Source: Nymphaea colorata
Lineage: Eukaryota
Reading direction: 5' to 3'
Assembly: GCF_008831285.2 (NCBI RefSeq)
Contig: NC_045138.2
Span: forward strand, 22,382,001 to 22,446,000
DNA: 64,000 nucleotides
The stretch's first letter is position 1; each line of letters begins with the position of its first letter. The notes beneath the pieces were generated by a model. The model was not told the DNA's origin, searched no databases, and worked only from the letters and a program-made list of their open reading frames with translations. Below are positions 52,969-64,000 of the stretch, piece by piece. Position numbers and translations under genes: made by a program.

Positions 52969-53025
52969 CATCACTTTCTTCTGCTGTTGAGTACCTATTC
53001 TCTGCCGATTCTCTATTGCCAGCAT
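52969..53025 (-). CDS. PLATZ: PLATZ transcription factor, predicted coding exon 1
   Basis: MLAIENRQRIGTQQQKKVM followed by a GTGAG donor, in frame (phase 0) with exon 2; resembles MAIE-type PLATZ N-termini. Total protein 261 aa. The start could also be the Met at 52971 or 52833. Confidence 0.65.
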
Positions 53026-53916
53026 TCTATCATGGAGCTCACAATTGCAGAGCGGAAACGAATGAATGGAAGAATGGGCTGTTCATGTACTTCCTCTCTG
53101 CCTCCCGATATCTCCTCCTCCGCAGTTGCAGCCTGCTTTTTGATTAAGTACAAAGACGATGGGGGAGACGATAGTTTGCAAAAAAGCAAAAGAAGCCCCT
53201 GCTCTTTGGATAAGTTTTAAAAGGAAAGAGTACCCAAAAGGAAGTGAATAATGAAAAGGATTGTCTCCGGGTTTCTATTTCTATCAGGCCGCGCCGCCGC
53301 TGCGGGAGGTCGGCTTTTGCAACTCCCCAACTCGAACTCAGCAGCGGAACCCCTTCTCTCGGAAAATACAACCTCCCTTCCCACCTTCCCTCCCCCTCTG
53401 ATGCCAAATTGAGTGCCTTGAAGAAGAAAGTGCCCTATTGAAACCCTCGAGAATCTATATAATCCAAAGGAGACAAGTCAAACCCTAGCCACGACGGCAT
53501 TAACCGGTCACCGTCGCCGGCCGGAGGAATTGAGTGTTCTCCACGAGACCTCCCTGCGCCTTTCTTTAGGAGGAGTCACAATGGGCCTGACGGCGTGAGA
53601 AAGAGGCGGTCTCTTGTGTTAGAGAAGCAGTCAACCCCTATGACCGGATGAGTTACTTGCTAAACCCTTCATCAAGAATCGAAGAACCAACTTTAGTTGC
53701 AGAATCATTTTCAAGGGCTCCGATTAGGAAGAAGAGGCCGAAACTAACCACCATTGGTCGGCACCACATGAGAGGGGAAGGGCCCAGCAGATTTTTTCTT
53801 CGTACCTTCTTACTGATAAACTAAACAACTAAGAAAAGTTGATCGAACGCCGTCACAGAGAGAGAGAGAAAGGCGGTTTCGTGTGTCTTCTGCTTCTACA
53901 TAAAAAGTAGATCGGC

Positions 53917-54032
53917 GCCGACTCTCCTTCGGCACTGTCGCTGACGTCAGACAAGCGGATCAACGAGAGGAGGTGCTGCTGCCATCGTGTGGCTCAGAGA
54001 GTGGGCATGGAAGAGGCCGCCGGACACGTGGC
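53917..54032. promoter_or_regulatory. Cluster of stress/ABA-type cis motifs upstream of PLATZ
   Basis: GCCGAC (DRE core) 53917-53922, palindromic CTGACGTCAG (C-box) 53941-53950, ACACGTGGC (ABRE/G-box) 54024-54032, in a GC-rich, apparently non-repetitive stretch. Confidence 0.45.
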
Positions 54033-55979
54033 AATCACGAGGCCGCTAGAGAAGCCGCGCTGGCAGGAGGGGGAACCGCCCTGCCCTCTTTATCCAGGTC
54101 CTGCCCTTTCCTTCCCGTAGATGATTCACCAAATTAACCCCTCGAACCCGTCGAATTTACCGATGTTAGGCCACCTCGGTGACAACACTACGTCCGGCGC
54201 CCGCTCTTGTCGGGTCTTCCCGTAATTTTCCTGTCCTTCTGTGGGCAAACCCCCAGGTAGAGACCCACAAGAGGCCGCCGGATTTTCCGGGGACCCGATG
54301 ATGAGGTCGCTCCGATGATCCGGGAAGTACCGTCCTGCCCTTTGAAACTCAACTTCCAGTGTAAACGTGGCCGGTTCTCATTGGCTCTCTTAAAAGCCCC
54401 GTTGATGGTACCGGCGTTCCTTGCCTCTTTCCATTTTCCGGTCAGGACCACCGGTGTCCCGATCAACTTTGGGCTGATTGACATGAACAACATATTGTTG
54501 AATTTGTGTTAAAAAATAAAGTAAATTAATGAAACATTTTTTTAAAATGTTGATAAATCTAGGCATTATTTTAGGTTAGCTACATTCTTACTGTCTTTTG
54601 TGTTGAAAAACAGAATAGATTCAAGTGTTTAATAATCTAATCACTTTTTGAGGTTAGGTGCATAAGACAACAACATCTCAAACGACCCCATAATTAATGT
54701 TGTGATGGAATTTGGGTTTCAGTGACTTGGATATATTTGAGTACCAATTGACTTTGGATTTGTTAATCAGATCGGAGACAATATCGGCTAATTGGATTCG
54801 AATTCTACACGTGATTGTGCAACCCAAATTTGAGACCTAAATCTAGATTGCTCTATAAAAATTTAATCTCAAGTCGAGGTTCAATTATGTATCATAAATA
54901 TTAAATTTCAAAAGCTCCAAACCATCCATGCCACTAATCTTCATGAATGTTGAACAAAAGAAAATTTTCAATAGGACAGAGTCAGAAATTTTTCACGAGG
55001 AGGTCCAATTATAGTTTTGAAATATCATTTTCTAAAATTTTTATACATAAATTCAAGATTTTTCTTTTTTTTTAAGGAGGGGACAGGGCCCTGCCGGCCT
55101 CACCTTTAACTCCGCACCTGTACAAGATCCGGCCCATTAAGGAGCTTGATTTTACCAGTTTGGGTTCAGTTTCTTCAAACTCAGCATCTAATTGGAACCT
55201 CAAAGTGGGAAACTTTCGGAGAAGCAGCCTTCTTTTTGCATGCCGGCTTTCGAAACTTAAAGTCCATGCATTTACAATTTTCATTGCATGATCTTTATGT
55301 CTCCCCACGTTTTTATATTCTTCTTTTTGTCTTTGGTGGGCGTAGGATTTGCTTCCTCGTTAAGTCTATCCAAGTTTTCACACATTCTCACGTGGTTTCT
55401 TATTTGTTTCCATTTTCTTTTGTCGAGAATGAGGAAACCGTTCTTGGGGTATGAGACACGGCCTGGCTTGGTATATTAGGCGGCCATTTCTAAATTAAAG
55501 CCTTGTTAAGCTAACCCAGCATGGTTCTATGTGTTCTTATTTCTTTCTTCCTTTTTCCTTTTATCTTCTTTTGCGTTCATCCTGTTCTAGACTTCTTTGA
55601 TCCCCTTTTCATACTTTTCCGTGACTCCTCCTTCCACTTTCCGGCGATGGTCGACGAACGAATTTAGAGCTCATTCTTCCGACCTGTAGGATCTGGTATT
55701 CCGAAATGATTCAGAGAAGAGGTTGGCTGGCTCCAAGTCAAATTTGGCTAAACTATTTGTGTTGCCCAAGTCATCCAAGATTCGGCCGAGTCTTTTAATT
55801 GAAGGTCTCGATCGGCTGATAAAGCGAAGTGGATATACAATACAGAGTAGGTGTGAAACGGATATACCTTTTAAGATACGTGTATGTCACTATATATTCT
55901 AAAATATTTTAATCTCTGATCTTATAAATTTATGTTTACGAGTACTCGATTTAAGAAAAAATCATGTGACAACGTGTGT

Positions 55980-56390
55980 AAGGATGTTATCAGATCGGAT
56001 TCGAATGAGATATGCCTTTAATCGATCATATCTGCTTTTTTGGATATTTATATATGAATTCGGATTCAAATACGAACAAAAAAAAGTCACGTCGAATCTG
56101 ATCCGAATCAGATTTTTACATTAATATCCGAATTCAAATATAAATTTTGAACCAAATCTGACTGATTTTCAACATGTGAGACCATTAGATATATGGTAAT
56201 TATTTAAAACTAAATCCAATGCAAAACAGAATCTGCTAGGTATATCTGAATCCAATCAGATGTCATTTATTAAATTTGAATTCAATCTCATTTTTTAATC
56301 GGATATTATTATTTTTTCATTCCATATGTGATATTTTTCCAGAGAGTTCAATTGGATACCAATTCAAATCAGATATATTGATGTCTCTAA
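55980..56390. mobile_element. Decayed hAT-like MITE with atccga/tcggat subterminal repeats
   Basis: Ends aggatgttatc / gatgtctcta and many atccga(at) motifs in both orientations; similar tracts at ~17030-17230 and ~21100-21480. Confidence 0.55.
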
Positions 56391-57454
56391 ACGAGTTGAC
56401 CGCTTGCCGACCCTAGCTGGGTGCAAGTTCTCCTCAAGCTGGCTAACTTTCAGTTTAAATCTTTATGGCATAAAATGGGACTTGCTATGGATCTCCAATA
56501 TGATCTCTTTGGATGAAAGTCCCAGATAAGAAATGTAATTGATGCAAAATTAAGATAAAGGTGCCCCTAGTGGAAGGCCCCAACTAAATTTTCAGAACGG
56601 TGCAGTTGAAATAGAATGAAGGAAGGCTAGCTGACGCCAAATAGAGCCATCTCGGTTGATGACTTTTATCAACTTACGCTTATTCTATGACTTTTATGAA
56701 GGTCGACCAGGTTACATTTGTTGCATGCGTTTTTGTATGGTACCAGAGCTCTAGTGAGGATCCATGGCTTCTCAACCGACAACACCTCAAGGAAAAGGCT
56801 CTAGCATCATAACATCTTGGTCGACTACATGAGATTTCTAGCATCTCTTGTTTACCTGCTCCTACCAATCTTCAGCATTTTCATGTCCATCAAATTGTCT
56901 TCCTACAATTACTTAATATAGGAATCACAATTCTTAAGTGCGATATAACATGATGGGATATATTGATGGGATGCCAATAGATTGGATTTCAATTGGACAT
57001 ACCTTTTTTTGTGTCTGCTTTTTCGAATATTCGCATATTCAGATGACAGGTATTGGTACCCAAAGAGGCTACGCATGCACAGCCTTTGCTGCACAACATG
57101 TGTCTACAAGCAGAAGCAAGGGGGCTGGTAGGGGGTCTTGGCTCCCAGTCACATTTAAAAAACATTAAAATATAAAAAAGTATATGTAACTACCACAAAC
57201 ATTAGTTTAACATATATAAAAAGATTTGAAAAATTCTATTTTGACCCTTTTAAAATTTTGAAACTATAGTTCAACCTCTACAATTATTGTAGAGATTCTT
57301 GTCTCCACCGCTGCATGTGCCCCTTCTGGCCCATTTTCATTGGGCTCTCGGTCCACTTCCATAGATGTCATGCACATGGGTCTGTGCACACAATATACCA
57401 GCTTCTGCAACTCACAGCTGATTTAAGCAATCGCTCTATGAATTTTGATGTCAA

Positions 57455-58000
57455 TTGGGAGTCGGCAATGGTTTAGTCTTAAAATCAAGAACGCCAGTGT
57501 TGTTCCACTCTATGGCCAAAGTAGTTCTAAGTTTTTGATCAACAATGTGCTTGCACGTGCCTTGCATTAATTCTAAGAATTTATTGTCAGTGCACAAATT
57601 AATTACTCGTGAGAATGATGTCTTCTTGAAGTTTATACAAATCGTTGCCTTGTAAAGAAACTCACAACAGAGGAAACACTTCTGGTGGTGCGAAATGAGA
57701 GGAGGAGGCATAGATATATCAATTGAAGCTGCCGCAAAGGGAATCGACGGGAACCGTTTCACAAGACGCCGGCATTTAACAGAGGAGAAGGAGTTTCTCT
57801 TGATGATTGGCATAAAAGTATGGGATACCCCGATTCTAGAATTGTGATGAAAGGTTTCAATAAATTTGATTGTCCTGTTCGTAGTAGATATCAGAATAAA
57901 ATCTATACCGCGTGTCAACAGGAAAAGAGTCAGGCTCGCCCTTTTGCACCATCACAACATAGAGTTGATGCTCCCTTTTGGCTAAATTTTCACTGGGACA
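57455..58000 (+). mobile_element. Copia fragment (protease C-terminus, GAG-pre-integrase, start of integrase)
   Basis: GVGNGLVLKIKN, SKNLLSVHKL, MGYP (GHP-like) and CQQEKSQARPF..FHWD on the plus strand, frameshifted. Confidence 0.65.
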
Positions 58001-60560
58001 TGCTGCTACTTCATCAATGTATGATATTATCTTAATTTTATGGATGCATTCTAACCCCACTTTTGTCTCCCATGTCGTCACCAGCTCCTGTCCCTCAAAA
58101 CCTCACCTACAACACCCACTCCCATCTCTTCGTGCCCTGAATAGCAGCCTGAACCTGAGCCAAATATTATTCCTTCACAACTAAGCTACACCCACGTATT
58201 ATTCCTTCACACACCCCCTCTCAAACTGGGCTTGCAGATCTCTGAGGCCCAGTTTGAACTTCAATGAAGGGAATTGCTCATTTGAAAGAGATTTGGTTCG
58301 TAAATCAGTCAACAGTGCTTGAGATGGAACATATTTAGTCAGAACTGTATCATTTTTTTTTATCAAATTTCTTACCAAATGGCAATCAAGTTCAACATGT
58401 TTGCGTCGTTGATGAAGAATGGGATTAGCTAAAATCTGAATAGAAAATTTATTAACACACAATAACACTGCCGGAGAAGAGTGATCGACTTGTAGCTCTA
58501 CAGCACTAAATATTCTAACCATTAAATCTCACAACACCTGTTATCCATTGAGCGGTACTCAGGTTTAGCTGAGGATCTAGACACCATATGCTGCTTTTTG
58601 GTTTTCCATGTGACCAAGCTCTTGTCTAAATAAACAGAATTGCCTGTAATCGATCTTCGAGGGTCCTCTCAAGTGCCCCAAACTACATCACGGTAGGCTC
58701 TGAACGACGCCTTGAGTATCTTAATGCTTTGTAGCCGTCTTTAGGTGAACTTTTATAGGCTTCTACATATGACGACTCAAGAATGTTGTAACTGTCAGAT
58801 AAATAAGGCATCCCATAAGCGATGGTATGTAGAAGGATTTTTCAATACTTGTAATCACCCTAAAATTTTCAAAAGTCAAATGTTCTCTAACAAATTTACT
58901 TCAAAATTTAATGATTTTTTTACCAAATTCAACTCCCCTTCATTTTAATGAATTTCTTATCTACTATGATCGTCAACTTTATTTGGGAGTAATTTGGATT
59001 CAGACTTTGGACACAAAGCTCAACCTCAATTTAAACTTATTTCATCATTCAAATATAGATCCCTTCGTAAATCAATCCCTAGAGGCATATCTGGATCCAA
59101 ATTCTAGCTCTAGATCCAAAAAAGATACTTAGATCCATATCCAGATCCAAATTTCATCTCTAGATTCAAAACAGTTTCCTGGACCCATATTTGAACTAAA
59201 TCCCAACTACATATCCAAAAAATATCCTTAGATCCATATCCAAATACAAATTCCAACTGCAGACCAAAAACAAATCCCAAGATCTACAATTAGATCCAAA
59301 TTCCAACTTTAGATTCAAAACGTGCTTTCAAATCGAAAACAGAATTTCAGATCTAGACCTAGATCCAAATCTCAATTCTATACTCATTTGATCCAACATA
59401 TGGATATAGTATTCATTTGGCATTTCCCAAATAATTATATTTGCTTCCTCTTAAAAAAAAAAAAGATCTTTAAAATCACGTTATTTTCAAATTTTTTCAA
59501 CAAAAGTCCGTCTCCATTTTTGCCCTATGATGAATCAAACTATGGTCACGGTCACGCAATTTAAGTTTTCAAAGTTTTACAAATCTTGTTTTTACAAAGC
59601 AAGTCAAGTTGACGTCATGTTTCTCAAAACAAGCAATTTAAGAATATGATTTCTAATCATATTTTCTAAAATAAGTTGAAAATTTTGATTTTTAAAACTA
59701 TCTTCAAACACGAGTTCCCTTTTTATATTGGAGTTCTAGTAACTATTCAAAGAGCTCATATGATTTTAAAAGTATCTCTTTTGAACAATGTATTTTTAAA
59801 CTGTTTGACATTTCAAGTTTTTCATCTCAACTCTCTAAGGTTGCTAATTATTCGAGGTTTATTAACCCTTAAGACCATAGTTCTAAACCTGATGGCACTA
59901 ATTTTTTAAGACCAAACCCTATTTAATCTCTTCAAAATCTCTATTAATGTTTTGAAACTTTTGCTTAATTTGAAAACACATGCATATATGCTTTTGGATA
60001 ACACTTTAAAAATGCTAGAATGCACATTTCTAAACCTCAGGGTACTATTTTTTTTATACCAAACCCCATTTAATCTCTTCAAAATCTTTGTTAATCTTTT
60101 GAAAATTTTTCTTAATTTAAACAAACGTACATAGGATTTAGGATAACACTTAAAAATGTTAGAATGTACAAAAGCAAGAAGCTAGCCCTTGGCTCAATTA
60201 CCCCAATCAAAGGCATTGAGAATGTCAGGCCTCGTACCGACAAGCGAACCATTTTATCTCTCGTTTTAAATAAAACATCTTTTTTTTGAAGCACCCTAAA
60301 ATCCACAATCAATTTTAGGAGGCAAACATTCACTATCAATTTTGTGTGTGTGAAGCTTGAGAGAAGACAATTGAGAGAGCATGCCAAGGTTGAAGAGGGA
60401 TTTAGAACGAGCAAAGGTTAGAGGTAGTGAGAAAAAGTGAATGTTCCAAAAGCGTAGTGTTGGATCAAGTGGGAGAGTGGAGTGAAGTTGGGTGACCTCT
60501 ATTTGCATCGTCCATTAATAAATAGAAGGTTTATGAGATCGAGAGCCTTCAAGAGGCCAA
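58001..60560 (-). mobile_element. Internally deleted copia remnant (Ale/RE1-like) on the minus strand; upstream boundary uncertain
   Basis: RNaseH IQILANPILHQRRKHVELDCHLVR (58199-58522); RT end VLKNPSTYHRLMGCLIYLT up to 58849; PPT tttgagaggggg followed by 3' LTR ~58211-58001 ending CA. Confidence 0.75.
58850..60328. mobile_element. Second gypsy-type solo LTR (~1.5 kb), related to 853-3928
   Basis: Starts TGTAATCACCCTAAAATTTT and ends AATTTTAGGAGGCAAACA. Shares subterminal agcccttgg...aaagg...gagaa...cctcgtaccgaca.gcga with 3783-3846. No clean 5-bp TSD. Confidence 0.75.
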
Positions 60561-63500
60561 TTTCTATAGAATCAAGATGGTTCTAGTTCCTCTCTTACAC
60601 TGTCGACCACTATCGATATTGTAGGAGGAGATTATCACTAGTGTTTTGTAAGCAGATGGAGTCTGCCGCCTGCTGGGGTTCGTCCTCCAAGTCAATATGT
60701 CTGCGTCCTCTCTCTCTCTCTCTCTCTCTCATCTTCTCATTAATCTCTCTTCTAACATAAGTGATGTTGGTATTGTATGTGTACTATGTTGTTCAGTAGT
60801 TGAGAGGGTTTTTTCTCCTTGTATTGAGGCGAATGAGGTATTCTTATTATCGTAGCCTTGTATTAATCATGATTTGATAATTCATAAATGTTCATGTTTG
60901 CATGTTTGTTTGCAAGTATAACTGTGTACATGCATAAACACACTTAGATGAATGTACTAGGTTTGCAAGCACATGTCCTATAAATGGTGAAACAAACAAT
61001 TCATATGCTAAAATGAATGGAGCAAATTGAGTGCTTGTTAGATATACATATGTTAGCTATACTTGAGAATAGGCTGGATTCATAGATAGTAGGATGAAAA
61101 CTTATGATTGTGAAAGCATGTTCGGCTTGTGGATGTGAAGGAATTAGTCTACATATGCTGGCAATCCTGTAAGTTGGATTTGGTTGACAATTGCTATGTG
61201 GAAGAATCAAGGAAAGGGTACACAGATAAAAGGACGTCAAGGTGACACAAAAAAAAACAAGAAGTAGATGAGAGACCACAAAAGATAAAATCGTTTTTAT
61301 TCTATTATATGTAAAAATTAATCTCCAAATGTTATTTACACTTCTACTAAGTAAGAAGTAAGTTTAATGTGAATTGCTAATGAAATTTTGATTAACAAAT
61401 TTGTTGATTCTATTAAAAGATGTCAAGAGAATAACTGCATAATCCTTTTTTTTTCTTTTTAGTTGAGTCACCAAAGTTGCATATGAAATTAATACATGTT
61501 ATTAATAACTTACGGATCTTTTCCAATACATACTTCTATTACTTTCTTTGAGCTCTACCTATCATATTGTGTATTCAAGGGTATTGACATATCTCCTGTA
61601 CGTTCTTTAGCATATTGAAGTGATAAGCTTGTCAAAGGGCGACTTTTAGATAATTTTTGAAGTTACTCTAAGGGCTAAAGCACTACTTTGAGTCCATCAA
61701 TGGAGACAATGTGCATGTGTTTGATTTTCTCTTTTTCTCTACCATTATGGAATTGTAATCTTTTCTCTATTTTCATACTTATGAGATAATGATCTTATGC
61801 ATATTGCTAGGGTCTTGATTTCAAAATTTCCATTTTTTATACTTGAATGTCTCAACTAGACTTTAAGAGCCAGGCTTTGATTTATCAAGACTTGGGTGGT
61901 GGATGTTTCCAGAACATGCCTGTATTGGTAGGCTTATTTATAGTTGTTTATGGTACTCAATAGGCAAATCCGGTTGGCAGGGGCTTTTATTGAATTGTCA
62001 AATGTTGCTTCTCAAATCAGTATACATAGATGCTACCTTTCCTTAAGGTTTGATCACACATAAGGTTTCTGCATCAAAGAAGTAAAAGGAAATGGACAAT
62101 TTATCCTTTTTTTCATCGATTTGAAGCATTGCCTCCTTTAAATGCTAAAATGATTCAAAAACCAACTAGAGAGAAAATGGAGACGCAAAATTTGTTGTCA
62201 TTGTGACAACCTAAAGATAATTATTGCCAATGAAGAAAGCATCAACCTACCACATGCAGTTTTTTCTGTTTAAAAAAACATTGGATATCCTTTATTCTCA
62301 ATTTCAATTCGCATCTAGGACACCTGTATTGCAGATGCTCATATCCTAAACATTTAAAAATGTTCCTTGGTTTTAAAACCAAACTAGTAGTTCATTAATT
62401 TTATGGGTCTTATTTATTTGATGCCAAATATGCAGGAAATTGTCAACAATTTGCTGCTTAACTCCATGTTCATACCTGTTTCTTATTGTGGGCGGGGTAT
62501 AGAATAAGGTAAATTTAAAAAACAGGGTAAGTTTCAAGAAGTTCGCAATATTTCATGTGATTTTCAACAGCCTGTGCATTGACCTTGCACAACTCTTGCT
62601 CTTTAGCCTTATAATTTTTCATAGCCTTTTGTTAATAGAATTCATTTTTAGCTTACAACTTTGCCTACATCTACTAGTAGGTTATGCGATTAAGATCCAT
62701 TACTTTCACATCGTATAGCTGACATCAGAACCATGTAATTTGCGGTAGGTGATAAGGTGAACAGGTTTGCAGAAATAAAACCAGGTGTGAAAATAAACCT
62801 GAAGTTTCAGCCATGAGAAAACAGCTGTTGAAGTAATATATTGTAATACTAGAAAAACATAGTAATATATATAAAGATATAGATATTATGATTATTTTCT
62901 TCTGACCATATGGTATATATAGGGATATATAATTCTATTGACTTTCAATGACTGAGAGGGATGTCTTAATATACTGGCAGAAAGACTTTCAACGGGAAAG
63001 GATGAATTATGCTGAATAATATATAGGCCTCACATAGGGCCACAATGAGTACCAATACAAGTCAATTCAAGAAGTTTGTATAATTCGATTTCGATGACAG
63101 ACAATCCAACAATGGACGTTGGCCGCCCTCTCGCCCAAAATCCCCACAATGACTCGAGAGCTACCGCCGGAGCTGCCACCATTCGTCGTGGGAGCCTCCG
63201 CTGGAGAGGGGAGAAGAGAGAAGAGAGAAACAGAGAGAGAGAGAGCAATTTTATTCAAGCTTGTTGAATCTAGGACTGATACATTCAAGAAAATTTGGAC
63301 CTGCGAAAATGGTTCTCTGTGGAACCAAAATAGCATAGTCAGGTTGCATAAGTTGATAACATGTATAGAAAAATAGGACTGGAAGCACCTCTATCAGATT
63401 CTGACCTAGTGAGCATACAACTTGTGGCGTATTTTTGTCCATGACAACTGAAAATTAACAGTCAAATCCAGGTCAGATATTCAACAGAATTGATTCTTAG

Positions 63501-64000
63501 TTGTCCAATTAATAGTAGTACTGATTCTGTAAAAAGTTACCATAATATTTCCAAAAGTTGAATTCATGCCATATCTCAAATTCTGTGGCTTTGTCTCTAT
63601 CCATTTCGTTTAAACCGCTTAAACGCATAATACATAGTTTCTGAGATGCCTTTTTTGAGCTTTTAGTAGATCCCTCGTTATATTTATGCCCATTTGACTT
63701 GTGATTTGATTAAACTGTGAGTTGAGTTAGAGAACAAGATGAAATATTTTATGTGGCTGATAGCCTAATTGAACTGTGAGACTATTTCAACAAGGCATGA
63801 CTTTTCGAGTACCGAATCTCCATAAGAGATTGTTTTAATGCAAGCGATTGAAAAACTGAATCAAGGACGCAGACCAGTAATGAGGGGAGTTGCCATTAAG
63901 AATGCGATGGGTGGCGTAGGGTTTCGGAGCCAGCAATGACCACTTTAGGGTATTATTACATTCACAGATCTTCTTAGGGTTCTTCTGGTGTTGCTATCAA

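Noticed and set aside
52602..53147. 181-aa plus-strand ORF
   Set aside because: Antisense to PLATZ exons 1-2, non-ATG start, no recognisable domain
57451..57918. 155-aa minus-strand ORF
   Set aside because: Antisense shadow of a plus-strand copia protease fragment
1..64000. Retrozyme/hammerhead ribozyme, tRNA or rRNA genes
   Set aside because: The few CTGATGA matches I saw lack flanking helices and a GAAA partner, and I recognised no cloverleaf or rRNA sequence. A covariance-model search would be needed to exclude them fully.

Overview
Eukaryotic, angiosperm-type genomic DNA: AT-rich, with GT-AG introns and many (TA)n/(TC)n microsatellites. Two apparently intact genes are recognisable, both on the minus strand: an intronless DUF4228/PADRE-family gene (CDS about 19031-19579) and a four-exon PLATZ transcription factor (CDS 51512-53025, 261 aa). 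The rest is a layered transposon landscape. It holds several decayed Ty1/copia elements (Ale/RE1-like, Bianca-like, Tork/Tnt1-like) nested in one another, two related gypsy-type solo LTRs inserted into copia ORFs, an L1-type LINE remnant, and many hAT (8-bp TSD) and Tourist/PIF (TAA TSD) MITEs. I cannot demonstrate a new biological system. The best leads are (i) a ~7.3 kb composite block with a two-exon alcohol dehydrogenase fragment that splits a Tork-like copia, (ii) an array of palindromic 38-bp hairpin units in a Bianca-like leader, and (iii) candidate uORF control of the PLATZ gene. All family assignments come from motif recognition by eye, not from database searches.
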